A stretch of DNA of 32,000 nucleotides. Origin: Paracoccus suum. Its GTDB lineage: Bacteria; Pseudomonadota; Alphaproteobacteria; Rhodobacterales; Rhodobacteraceae. Shown piece by piece: positions 9,959 to 18,311 of this stretch (within the stretch, counting starts at the first letter, position 1; every line of letters begins with the position of its first letter). The DNA is taken from the NCBI RefSeq assembly GCF_003324675.1, contig NZ_CP030918.1, positions 780,001 through 812,000 of the forward strand, in the 5' to 3' direction. The translations under genes were made by a program, and so were the position numbers. The notes beneath the pieces were generated by a model that worked only from the letters and a program-made list of their open reading frames with translations, was not told the DNA's origin and did not search any database.

Positions 9959-9984
9959 ACGCCCGCGCTGCAAAGCACGGGCGT
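9959..9984 (-). terminator. Stem-loop after rpsO (terminator/attenuator at the head of the pnp leader)
   Basis: ACGCCCG ... CGGGCGT is a 7-bp stem, with further pairing inside the 12-nt loop. It lies 27 nt downstream of the rpsO stop. On the minus strand it is followed by TTTGG. Confidence 0.5.
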
Positions 9985-10010
9985 CGAGGTCGAGTATATC
10001 TGTGGCAGGG

Positions 10011-10280
10011 TTAGCGGCGCAGGCCCAGCCGGCCGATCAGCGCGGTGTAGCGCGATTCGTCGTTTGCCTTGAGGTAGTCCAGCAACTTACGGCGCTGGGC
10101 GACCATCATCAGCAGCCCGCGGCGAGAATGGTTGTCTTTCTTGTGGGTCTTGAAGTGCCCGGTCAGTGTCGCGATGCGCGAGCTGAGGATCGCAACCTGT
10201 ACTTCTGGCGAGCCGGTGTCGCCGGGCTTGGTCGCGTATTCCTGCATGACGCGGGCTTTTTCTTCGACAGTGATCGACAT
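10011..10280 (-). CDS. rpsO: 30S ribosomal protein S15
   Basis: 89 aa, [57 protein letters not shown]..., an unmistakable S15 sequence. Confidence 0.97.
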   Translation of the reverse strand: MSITVEEKARVMQEYATKPGDTGSPEVQVAILSSRIATLTGHFKTHKKDNHSRRGLLMMVAQRRKLLDYLKANDESRYTALIGRLGLRR

Positions 10281-10416
10281 CGGGGTCTCCTGAATAAAAG
10301 GGTGATGGCGCAGGCCGGGATGTCGTCCAGCAAGGCCCGTGGAGGCTGTCCACCCGAGTGGTGGATGGCGGCTGATACGGGGATTCGCCGGGAAAGAAAA
10401 GCCCCGACCGACCGTC

Positions 10417-11400
10417 CTAGCTTGGGCCGATCCGCTCGAGGACGAGGTGGCCCAAGTTCAGGCCGGCGCCGCCCGCAATCCGCGCGACAGTGTGCCCGTC
10501 CAGCGTGACGACCGCATCCTTGCCGTCGGCGGTCAGGCCGAGCTGTGGATGATATCCGGGGCGGTCCTCGATCACCAGGTGCAGGCGATCCTCGAGCGGG
10601 TCGAAATCGCCGATGACGGTGTTCGCATCGCCCTGATGAACGCGCAGGATGTCGGCGCCCTCGCCACCCTCGATCCAGTCGCCGGCGCTGCCGGTGACGG
10701 TGTCGGCGCCGCTGCCGCCATGCAGCCATGCGCGCCCCGGGTCGGCATTGCCTTCAATTACGTCATCCCCGTCGTTGCCGGACAAATCGTCATCCGCACC
10801 GGTCCCTGCGGTCAGCGTGTCGTTGCCGGCGCCGCCATTCAGTTCGTCCCTGCCAGCGCCGCCATCAATGTGGTCGGCTCCGTCGCCGCCAAACAGACGG
10901 TCGTTGCCGGCCCCACCCGTGATAACGTCATCATTGCCTTGCCCGGCGATCTCGTCATCGCCGTCACCGCCATCCAGCGTGTCGCGGCCGTCAGGGCCGC
11001 AGGTCGCGCCGTCATCGCCGCGCAGAGTGTCGTTGCCTGCGCCGCCCTCGATCCGGTCATTACCGATGCCGCCCGACAGCAGGTCGCCGCCGCCATGGCC
11101 GATCACCACGTCGTCACCCGCATCTCCACCCAGCAGGTCGATGCCCTCGCCACCTTCGAGATGCTGGCCTTGGGGGCCCTCGGGTTCGGCATCATCACCC
11201 ATGTCGTCATCGTCATGGGTGTAGCTCTCCTCCGCGCCGCCGTCCGGCAGCGCGGAGTTCTCGCCCGTGTCCGTGTCACCTTGCTGGTCCTGCCAGAAGT
11301 CGATCGGCTGATCGTCCTCATCGTCGTCACGCGCGGACAGGGTGATGCCGGACATCGCCCCGCCCAGCAGCATCGCCATCAACCCGGCCATCATGAACAT
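10417..11400 (-). CDS. RTX-type (hemolysin-type) calcium-binding repeat protein with an N-terminal hydrophobic segment and an acidic linker
   Basis: 327 aa. About 15-17 consecutive GGxGxDxUx nonapeptides ([45 protein letters not shown]...). The N-terminus is [23 protein letters not shown] followed by a D/E-rich region. An in-frame stop lies 9 codons upstream of the ATG. Confidence 0.85.
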   Translation of the reverse strand: MFMMAGLMAMLLGGAMSGITLSARDDDEDDQPIDFWQDQQGDTDTGENSALPDGGAEESYTHDDDDMGDDAEPEGPQGQHLEGGEGIDLLGGDAGDDVVIGHGGGDLLSGGIGNDRIEGGAGNDTLRGDDGATCGPDGRDTLDGGDGDDEIAGQGNDDVITGGAGNDRLFGGDGADHIDGGAGRDELNGGAGNDTLTAGTGADDDLSGNDGDDVIEGNADPGRAWLHGGSGADTVTGSAGDWIEGGEGADILRVHQGDANTVIGDFDPLEDRLHLVIEDRPGYHPQLGLTADGKDAVVTLDGHTVARIAGGAGLNLGHLVLERIGPS

Positions 11401-11471
11401 GCGAGCAACCCAAATCCCAGGGAATCAGAGCTTGCTCATAAGCGCGAATCGCGCCGTTAGGGCCGGAATTG

Positions 11472-11487
11472 TTAAGAACCAGTTAAC
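11472..11487. promoter_or_regulatory. Full CtrA-box motif TTAA-N7-TTAAC
   Basis: gTTAAgaaccagTTAAC lies in the 96-bp intergenic region, 72-87 nt upstream of the RTX-protein ATG (11400). It is the only TTAA-N7-TTAA arrangement I found in the window. Confidence 0.45.
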
Positions 11488-11496
11488 GCGGTCGCC

Positions 11497-12603
11497 TCAA
11501 TGCGGGTGCAGCCCCGCGCGCAGGGGCGAGACCGACTCGGCCAGATTTTCCGTCAGTTCGGACTTGCGTCCCAGGATCAGATCTTCCGCAAGGGCAGAGA
11601 CCGCGGGCGCAGTCTGGATGCCATAGCCGCCTTGGCCTGCCAGCCAGAAGAACCCGTCCAACTCGCCGTCAAAGCCAATAACCGGGGTCCGGTCGGGGGC
11701 AAAGGTGCGCATGCCAGCCCAAGTATGCTCGACGCGCGTGACCTCGATGGTCACCGCCTCCTCGAACCGGGCGAGGCCCTCGGCAAGAACCATTTCCTCG
11801 GCCCAGACGTCATGGGGCTCGACCGGATCCTCGTCAGCGGGCGAGATCATCAGCTTGCCGGCGTCGGGCTTGGCATACCAGCTTTCGCCGGCATTCGCGA
11901 CCATCGGCCAGCGGCTGACGTCATGACCGGCGGGCGCCGGGATCAGCGCGGCCGAGCGGCGCAGTGGACGCAGGCCGCGGGGTTTTGCGCCGGCCATGAC
12001 GGCCACGGTCTCGGCCCAGCCGCCGGCGGCGTTCACCACGATCGGTGCGCGCCATTCGCCGGCCATCGTGGTGACCTTCCAGACGCCATTCTCGCGCGAC
12101 ATGCCGGTGACGCCCGCGCCGACGGCAAGCTCGCCCCCGCGGCGGCGCAGCAGGCGCAGGAAGCCCTGCAGCATGCGGTCCACGTCGATGTCCTGGGCCG
12201 CGGGCTCGTAGGCGGCATCCTCGATGCGCTCGGGGCGCAGGATCGGCACCATGCCCACGGCATCGGCCACGCTGATCCGCTCCATGTCAGCGGCGCCATC
12301 AAGGTAGGCGGCAAAGGCCGCGCCTTCGCCGGGGCCGCAGACCAGCAACTCGCCGCGCGGGGTCAGCAGCGAGGTCTCGCTGATTTCGGCGGGATCCAGC
12401 AGGAACGGCTGGGACGCTTGGTTCAGCCGGCGCAGGACAGCGCCACCGTAGTTGAGGATAAAGATCGCCGCCGATCGTCCGGTGGAATGGTGGCCGGGCC
12501 GGCTTTCTGTTTCCAGCACCGTGACACGGGCGGTTTCCGCCAGCCGCGCAGCTAGGCTGATGCCGGCCATGCCGCCGCCGATGACGATGATATCGCGATC
12601 CAT
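11497..12603 (-). CDS. FAD-dependent oxidoreductase (DAO / glycine-D-amino-acid oxidase-like family)
   Basis: 368 aa. N-terminal dinucleotide fold MDRDIIVIGGGMAGISLAARL. DAO-family layout through to the C-terminal WLAGQGGYGIQTAP. Substrate cannot be inferred. Confidence 0.85.
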   Translation of the reverse strand: MDRDIIVIGGGMAGISLAARLAETARVTVLETESRPGHHSTGRSAAIFILNYGGAVLRRLNQASQPFLLDPAEISETSLLTPRGELLVCGPGEGAAFAAYLDGAADMERISVADAVGMVPILRPERIEDAAYEPAAQDIDVDRMLQGFLRLLRRRGGELAVGAGVTGMSRENGVWKVTTMAGEWRAPIVVNAAGGWAETVAVMAGAKPRGLRPLRRSAALIPAPAGHDVSRWPMVANAGESWYAKPDAGKLMISPADEDPVEPHDVWAEEMVLAEGLARFEEAVTIEVTRVEHTWAGMRTFAPDRTPVIGFDGELDGFFWLAGQGGYGIQTAPAVSALAEDLILGRKSELTENLAESVSPLRAGLHPH

Positions 12604-12696
12604 TCTGGCCCCATTTGTTGTGCTCGGCGGAGCCTCGCCTTATGACACGGCGAATGCAAGACGGTGCGGCAGCCGGTCGCACAGGAAGGGGCAAGC

Positions 12697-13605
12697 ATGG
12701 CGCGGGTGTTTATCGACGGCGAGGCTGGAACCACCGGCCTGCAGATTCGCGAGCGGTTGGCGGGACGGTCCGACATCGACCTGGTTCGCATCGATTCCGC
12801 GCATCGCAAGGACCCCGAGGCGCGCCGCGCGGCATTTGCCGAGGCCGATGTCGCCATTCTGTGCCTGCCCGACGCCGCGGCGCGCGAGGCGGCTGCGTTT
12901 GCGGCCGACCTGCCGGTGCGGATCATCGACGCCTCGAGCGCCCACCGCGTGGCCGAGGGCTGGGCCTATGGCTTTGCGGAACTGACGGCCGACGCCCGCG
13001 CCCGAATCGCTGCGGCACAGCGGGTCAGCAACCCGGGCTGCTATGCCACCGGCGCCATTGCCCTGCTGGCGCCCTTGGTTGCCGCCGGGCTGATCGCCCC
13101 GGAAGAGGACCTGACGATCAATGCGGTCAGCGGCTACAGCGGCGGCGGCAAGGAGTTGATCGCAGAATTCAAGACCGGCGAGGCGCCCGATTTCTTCGTC
13201 TACGCTCTGGGGCAGAGCCACAAGCACCTGCCCGAGATCGTCGCCCATGCGCGCCTGACGGGGCGGCCGGTCTTTGCACCCTCGGTCGGTCGTTTCGCGC
13301 AAGGCATGGTGGTGCAGGTGCCGCTGCATCTGCACGGGCGGACGGTCGCGGGGCTGACCGATGCGCTGCGGGCGCATTACGACGCGGCGAGCTTCGTGCG
13401 CGTGCGGGGCGCCGGGGACTATGCCGGGCGGGTCGTCCCGACGGCGTTGAACGGCAGCAATTTCATAGATTTGTCAGTTCATGGTGACGATGCCAGGGGC
13501 GGCGTGCTGGTCGCGGTGCTGGACAACCTCGGCAAGGGCGCCTCGGGCGCGGCGGTCCAGAACCTCAACCTGATGATCGGCGCGGACGAAGGGCTGGGCC
13601 TCTAG
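12697..13605 (+). CDS. argC: N-acetyl-gamma-glutamyl-phosphate reductase (short, type-2 ArgC)
   Basis: ATG 12697 follows AGGAAGGGG. Begins MARVFIDGEAGTTGLQIRERL. Catalytic Cys motif SNPGCYATG and C-terminal DNLGKGASGAAVQNLNLM are present. GTG 12664 is an alternative upstream start. Confidence 0.92.
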   Translation: MARVFIDGEAGTTGLQIRERLAGRSDIDLVRIDSAHRKDPEARRAAFAEADVAILCLPDAAAREAAAFAADLPVRIIDASSAHRVAEGWAYGFAELTADARARIAAAQRVSNPGCYATGAIALLAPLVAAGLIAPEEDLTINAVSGYSGGGKELIAEFKTGEAPDFFVYALGQSHKHLPEIVAHARLTGRPVFAPSVGRFAQGMVVQVPLHLHGRTVAGLTDALRAHYDAASFVRVRGAGDYAGRVVPTALNGSNFIDLSVHGDDARGGVLVAVLDNLGKGASGAAVQNLNLMIGADEGLGL

Positions 13606-13617
13606 CCAAAAATGGAA

Positions 13618-13640
13618 ACGCCGGCCACCTAGGCCGGCGT
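13618..13640. terminator. Hairpin terminator between convergent argC and the clpP-like gene
   Basis: ACGCCGGCC-ACCTA-GGCCGGCGT, a perfect 9-bp stem. On the minus strand a T-rich run follows (complement of CCAAAAATGGAAA, 13606-13617). It therefore fits best as the terminator of the minus-strand gene. Confidence 0.6.
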
Positions 13641-13659
13641 CAGGCGTGTTGCCGAGACG

Positions 13660-14313
13660 TCAGCCCAGGTCGTCGACCGTTCGGATGATCTTTCCGAGCA
13701 GGCCGTAGTCCAGCGCCTCTTGCGTCGTCAGCCAGAAGTCCCGGGCGGTATCCTTTTCGATCCGCTCGATGGGCTGGCCGGTGGCCTCGCTGAAGATCTT
13801 GTTCAGGCGATCACGCATCTGCCGGATCTGTTCGGCTTGGATCATCATGTCGCTGCTGGTCCCGCCGATTCCGCCCGAGGGCTGGTGCAGCAGGAAGCGC
13901 GTGTTCGGCAGGCAGTAGCGGTTCTCGCGCTGGGCGCCGATAAAGATCAACGCGCCCGCCGAGGCCACCCAGCCAGAGCCGATAGTCCGCACCACGGGCC
14001 GGATAAAGCGGATCACATCATGGATCATGTCGCCCGATTCGACATGACCGCCGGGCGAGCTGATCAGCATGTTGATCGGCGCGTCGCTTTCCTCGGCCAG
14101 CGCCAGCAGATGGGCGACAGTGCGTTGGGCCAGCTTGTCGTTGATGGTGCCGGCGACGATCACCGTGCGCGATTTGAAATACAGCTTGTCGATCGCGCCG
14201 GTCTGCGGAAGTCCCAGGCCTTCGCCCTTTTCCTCGTCCTGCTTTTCGCGGCGCTCGCCCGGCTGGTCGTCGTCGTCATCATCGTCGTCATCATCGAGGC
14301 GGTGGCGCAGCAT
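13660..14313 (-). CDS. ClpP-family (peptidase S14) serine protease paralog with a poly-Asp N-terminal extension
   Basis: 217 aa. The ClpP core has Ser (GSGWVASAGA), His (FLLHQPSGG) and Asp (KDTARDFWL) at the catalytic-triad positions. The N-terminus is MLRHRL-D10-QPGERREKQDEEKGEG. GAAAGGA RBS lies 8 nt upstream of the ATG. No clpX/clpA is adjacent. Confidence 0.85.
   Translation of the reverse strand: MLRHRLDDDDDDDDDDQPGERREKQDEEKGEGLGLPQTGAIDKLYFKSRTVIVAGTINDKLAQRTVAHLLALAEESDAPINMLISSPGGHVESGDMIHDVIRFIRPVVRTIGSGWVASAGALIFIGAQRENRYCLPNTRFLLHQPSGGIGGTSSDMMIQAEQIRQMRDRLNKIFSEATGQPIERIEKDTARDFWLTTQEALDYGLLGKIIRTVDDLG
14266..14295 (-). repeat. (GAY)10 trinucleotide tract encoding Asp x10
   Basis: The plus strand reads gtc gtc gtc gtc atc atc gtc gtc atc atc. 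That is ten consecutive Asp codons on the minus strand, inside the clpP-like CDS. Confidence 0.9.
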
Positions 14314-14422
14314 GGCGTCGGTCCTTTCGTGGCAAGGGCGCGCGGGTGACCCGCACGCCCCAGATCGACGCCAAGCTAGTAGCGCCGGCCGGGCCTCGCA
14401 ACCCGGCCCTGCGCGGCATTTT

Positions 14423-15982
14423 TCAGAAGAACCCCAGCGCGTCGTCGCTGTAGCTGACCAGCATGCATTTGGTCTGGCGATAGTGGTCCAGCATCATCAG
14501 GTGGTTTTCCCGCCCGATGCCGGATTTCTTGTAGCCGCCAAAGGCCGCATGCGCCGGGTAAGCGTGGTAGCAGTTGGTCCAGACCCGGCCCGCCTGGATG
14601 CCGCGGCCCATGCGAAAGGCGCGGCTGCCGTCCCGCGTCCACACCCCGGCGCCGAGGCCGTAGTTGGTGTCATTGGCGATCTGCAGCGCCTCGGCCTCGT
14701 CCTCGAACGGGGCGACCGCCAGGACGGGACCAAAGATTTCCTCCTGGAAGATGCGCATCGAGTTGTCGCCCTGGAATACCGTCGGCTGGATGAAATTGCC
14801 GTTGTCGATGCCAGTGATCGCGCCGACATCGCCGCCCGTCAGCACCTTGGCGCCCTCGTCCCGGCCAATCTTCAGATAGGACGTGATCTTGTCCATCTGC
14901 TCGGTCGAGGCTTGGGCGCCGATCATGGTCGAGGGATCCAAGGGGTTGCCCGCCTTGGTTTTTTTCACCCGCGCCACCGCACGTTCCATGAAGGCATCGA
15001 ATATCGAGGCCTGGACGAGGGCGCGCGACGGGCAGGTGCAGACCTCGCCCTGATTCAGCGAGAACATGGCGAAACCTTCCAGACATTTGTCAAAGAAGGC
15101 GTCGTCATGGTCCATCACGTCGGCAAAGAAGATGTTGGGCGACTTGCCCCCCAACTCCAGCGTGACGGGGATGATGTTGTCCGCAGCATAGCCCATGATG
15201 AGGCTGCCGGTGGTGGTCTCGCCGGTAAAGGCGATCTTGGCGATCCGCTTGGACGAGGCCAGCGGCTTGCCTGCCTCGAGGCCAAAGCCGTTGACCACGT
15301 TCAGAACGCCCGGCGGCAGGATATCAGCGAGCAGTTCCATCAGCACCATGATGCTGGCCGGGGTCTGCTCGGCAGGCTTCAGTACGATGCAGTTGCCCGC
15401 GGCGAGGGCGGGCGCGATCTTCCAGGTCGCCATCAGCAGCGGAAAATTCCACGGGATGATCTGGCCGACGACGCCCAGCGGCTCCTTGAAATGATAGGCG
15501 TAGGTGGTCGCGTCGATTTCGCTGATGTGGCCCTGCTCGGCCCGGATCACCCCGGCGAAATAGCGGAAGTGATCCACTGCCAGCGGCAGGTCGGCGGCCA
15601 TCGTCTCGCGGATCGGCTTGCCGTTATCGAGCGTTTCGGCAATCGCCAGCGTCTGCAGGTTGTCTTCGATCCGCTGGGCGATGCGCCACAGGATGTTGCT
15701 GCGCTCGGCCAGCGATGTCTTGCCCCAGGCCTCGCGGGCGGCATGGGCGGCGTCCAGCGCCAGTTCCACCTCGGCAGCGTCCGAGCGGGCGATCTGGCAC
15801 AGCACCTCGTTGGTGATGGGCGTCACGTTATCGAAATAGCGGCCCGACTGCGGCGGCACGAACTTGCCCCCGATCCAGTTGTCATATCGGTCCTTGAGTG
15901 GCCAGTCGGCCTTCAGATGGCTGAGATCGAGCGCAGCCGAGCGCCCTCCGGCGCCGGCCTTGGCAGCGGAAATATCGTCCAT
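14423..15982 (-). CDS. NAD(P)+-dependent aldehyde dehydrogenase, AldB/ExaC/AcoD-like (519 aa)
   Basis: [16 protein letters not shown]-terminus, LELGGKSP (catalytic Glu), [10 protein letters not shown] (catalytic Cys), and C-terminal [19 protein letters not shown] typical of this subfamily. A strong GGAGGAGGA RBS is present. Confidence 0.93.
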   Translation of the reverse strand: MDDISAAKAGAGGRSAALDLSHLKADWPLKDRYDNWIGGKFVPPQSGRYFDNVTPITNEVLCQIARSDAAEVELALDAAHAAREAWGKTSLAERSNILWRIAQRIEDNLQTLAIAETLDNGKPIRETMAADLPLAVDHFRYFAGVIRAEQGHISEIDATTYAYHFKEPLGVVGQIIPWNFPLLMATWKIAPALAAGNCIVLKPAEQTPASIMVLMELLADILPPGVLNVVNGFGLEAGKPLASSKRIAKIAFTGETTTGSLIMGYAADNIIPVTLELGGKSPNIFFADVMDHDDAFFDKCLEGFAMFSLNQGEVCTCPSRALVQASIFDAFMERAVARVKKTKAGNPLDPSTMIGAQASTEQMDKITSYLKIGRDEGAKVLTGGDVGAITGIDNGNFIQPTVFQGDNSMRIFQEEIFGPVLAVAPFEDEAEALQIANDTNYGLGAGVWTRDGSRAFRMGRGIQAGRVWTNCYHAYPAHAAFGGYKKSGIGRENHLMMLDHYRQTKCMLVSYSDDALGFF

Positions 15983-16127
15983 CGAATCCTCCTCCCCAGG
16001 AAGGCGGGCATACTGCCCCGCAAGGAAGGCTTGCCCGGACCGTGCCCGAATTCAAGGAAAAGGGGGACGGGTGGGCCTTAAGGAGGAGGCAGCGCGCCGC
16101 CCTCAAGTATGGTTGCCGACAGGCCGG

Positions 16128-18197
16128 TCAGGTCGCGAGCTGCGGATTTGCCCGTCGCCCGATCATGAGCGAGCGGGCGGCGATGGGCAGTGCGAGGGCA
16201 AGGCCGATCAGCGTGGCGGTCAGGTCAGGCGCGATCAGCAGGATCGCCGCAATCGCCAGCAACGCCCGCTCGATTCCCCACAGGCGTGAGAACATCCAGC
16301 CGGTAACCGCGGCCGAGAGGGTGAAGATCCCTGACACGGCGCCAAAGAAGGCGAGGGCGAAATTGGCCCAGGTAAAGTCCTGGGTGACCAGCAGCAGGGC
16401 CGGCTGGAACACGAAAACGAACGGCACCAGCACCTTGCCCATGGACAGACGGAACGCCGTATTGCCGGCGTGGAAAGGGTTCGCGCCGGCAATCCCCGCG
16501 GCGGCATAGGCCGCAAGCGCGACTGGCGGCGTCACATCGGCCAGAACGCCATAATAAAACACGAAGAAATGCGCGACGAGCGCCTCGACCCCCAGCAGCC
16601 CGAGGATCGGGGCAGCGACGGCGACCATGATGATGTAGTTGGCCGTGGTGGGGATGCCGCAGCCCATCAACACGCAGACCACGGCCGTCAGCAGCAGCGT
16701 GAAGAGCAGCGTCAGGGTCGGCACGCCCATCACCTCGAATGGCAGCGCCGCGAGAAGTCCGTGCACCGAGCTCGCCCAGTCTGCGGCGAGGCCGGTGACC
16801 ATGTAAGCAATCTTGAAGCCGACGCCGGTCAGGGTGACGACACCGATCACGACCCCGACAAGGGCCGCCGCGGCCGTTACCGACAGCGATTGCCGGGCGC
16901 CGAGGACAAATCCCTCGAAAAGGCCGTGGGCGGCGGCTTGCAGGCCCCGGGTCAGGCCGCGGCTGCTGATCTCCTGCCACAGCAGCACGGCGATGCAGGC
17001 GGTAATCGACCAGAAGGCGGCGGCGAAGGGGGTGCGGCCCGACATCAGCACCGCGATCAGGATAATCAGCGGCACCAGCGTCAGCCAACCGGCCCGCAGC
17101 ACGCGCCATGCGTTCGGCAACTCCTCCGGGTGCAGGCCGCGCAGGCCGCGCCGCTTTGCCTCGAGATGGACCTGCACCAGCACGCCGAAGAAATGCATGA
17201 AGGCCGGCACGATGGCCGCCATCAGGATCGTGGTCAGCGGAACGCCAAGGTATTCGATCATCAGGAAGGCGACTGCGCCCATCACCGGCGGGGTGATCTG
17301 ACCGCCGGTGGAGGCCGAGGCCTCGACCGCCGCCGCGAAGTGGCGCGGGTAGCCGACGCGGATCATCGCCGGGATGGTCAGCGCGCCGGTGGTCACCGTG
17401 TTGGCGATGGACGAGCCGGTGATCGAGCCGAGCAGGGCCGAGCTGAGGACCGATACCTTGGCTGGCCCGCCGGCATATCGCCCGGCGGCGGCACTGGCCA
17501 CGTCGATGAACAGTTGCCCCAGCCCGATCCGCGTCGCCATTACGCCGAACAGCACGAAGTGGAACACATAGGTTGCGATCACCCCCAGCGCCGTGCCGTA
17601 AATGCCCTGCGAGGTCAGATAGAGGTGGTTGACGATGTTGGACCAGCTGGCGCCCGGATGGACCAGCACCCCGGGCATCGAGCGGCCGAAATAGGCGTAG
17701 GCCATGAACAGGATCGCGATCACCGGCAGCGGCCAGCCCATCGAGCGCCGCGTCGCCTCCAGCAACACGATGATCAGGGTCGTGCCCATGATCAGGTCCA
17801 ATGGCAGCGGGTTGCCGACGCGGAAGGCCAACTGGTCATAGATCCACGGCACATAGAGCGAGGCGACGACCCCTGCGAGCGCAAGGGCCCAATCGATCAG
17901 CGGCAGGCCAAGCAGCGTCAGCGGCCCGTGCTGAACCCCGCGGCTGCGGCCTGCGGCGAAGGAGGTAAAGATTACGAAAAGCGTCACCGCGAGGTGCAAC
18001 CCGCGGTGCGTGGTCGCGCGCGGGATGCCAAAGCCGGCGGTGTAGAAGTGATAGACCGAAAGCAGGAACAGCAGGCAGCCGGTCAGCGTCGCGACGGGGC
18101 GGAGCAGCTGGCGAAAGCGCATCTCCGGGTCGAACTCTTCCTCGATCCTTTGCAGGTCATCGGCGGAAAGCTGGGGATAGAGTTCAGGCTTGGACAT
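16128..18197 (-). CDS. TRAP transporter fused permease (TAXI-associated, DctQ/DctM-like fusion)
   Basis: About 689 aa from ATG 18197 (MSKPELYPQLSADDLQRIEEEFDPEMRF...). It is a very hydrophobic polytopic protein and lies directly downstream of a TAXI receptor gene. The tracked ORF extends to 18293, but that upstream part is Arg/Pro-rich. Confidence 0.88.
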   Translation of the reverse strand: MSKPELYPQLSADDLQRIEEEFDPEMRFRQLLRPVATLTGCLLFLLSVYHFYTAGFGIPRATTHRGLHLAVTLFVIFTSFAAGRSRGVQHGPLTLLGLPLIDWALALAGVVASLYVPWIYDQLAFRVGNPLPLDLIMGTTLIIVLLEATRRSMGWPLPVIAILFMAYAYFGRSMPGVLVHPGASWSNIVNHLYLTSQGIYGTALGVIATYVFHFVLFGVMATRIGLGQLFIDVASAAAGRYAGGPAKVSVLSSALLGSITGSSIANTVTTGALTIPAMIRVGYPRHFAAAVEASASTGGQITPPVMGAVAFLMIEYLGVPLTTILMAAIVPAFMHFFGVLVQVHLEAKRRGLRGLHPEELPNAWRVLRAGWLTLVPLIILIAVLMSGRTPFAAAFWSITACIAVLLWQEISSRGLTRGLQAAAHGLFEGFVLGARQSLSVTAAAALVGVVIGVVTLTGVGFKIAYMVTGLAADWASSVHGLLAALPFEVMGVPTLTLLFTLLLTAVVCVLMGCGIPTTANYIIMVAVAAPILGLLGVEALVAHFFVFYYGVLADVTPPVALAAYAAAGIAGANPFHAGNTAFRLSMGKVLVPFVFVFQPALLLVTQDFTWANFALAFFGAVSGIFTLSAAVTGWMFSRLWGIERALLAIAAILLIAPDLTATLIGLALALPIAARSLMIGRRANPQLAT

Positions 18198-18265
18198 CGG
18201 GCTGTTCTCGCTGGTCGTGCGGGCTGAAGATCGCGGCGCCGACCGTTGCGGGTCTCGCTCGCGAG

Positions 18266-18291
18266 GCGCGGGGCCGATGGCGGCCCCGCGC
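18266..18291 (-). other. Intercistronic GC-rich stem-loop between the TAXI receptor and TRAP permease genes
   Basis: GCGCGGGGCC-GATGGC-GGCCCCGCGC is a perfect 10-bp stem. It sits in the 114-nt gap between the two genes. No U-tract follows on the minus strand. Confidence 0.55.
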
Positions 18292-18311
18292 AAAGGCGCG
18301 CCTCAGCGCTG

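Noticed and set aside
10339-11460. 373-aa plus-strand ORF and several 60-190-aa ORFs over the RTX gene
   Set aside because: Antisense and alternate frames of a repetitive GGxGxD-coding region are naturally open. Only the minus-strand frame gives the canonical nonapeptide repeat.
14069-18227. 670-aa (14069-16081) and 585-aa (16470-18227) plus-strand ORFs
   Set aside because: They lie antisense to the aldehyde dehydrogenase and the TRAP permease. The products are Arg/Gly/Asp/His-rich and non-protein-like. These are GC artefacts.
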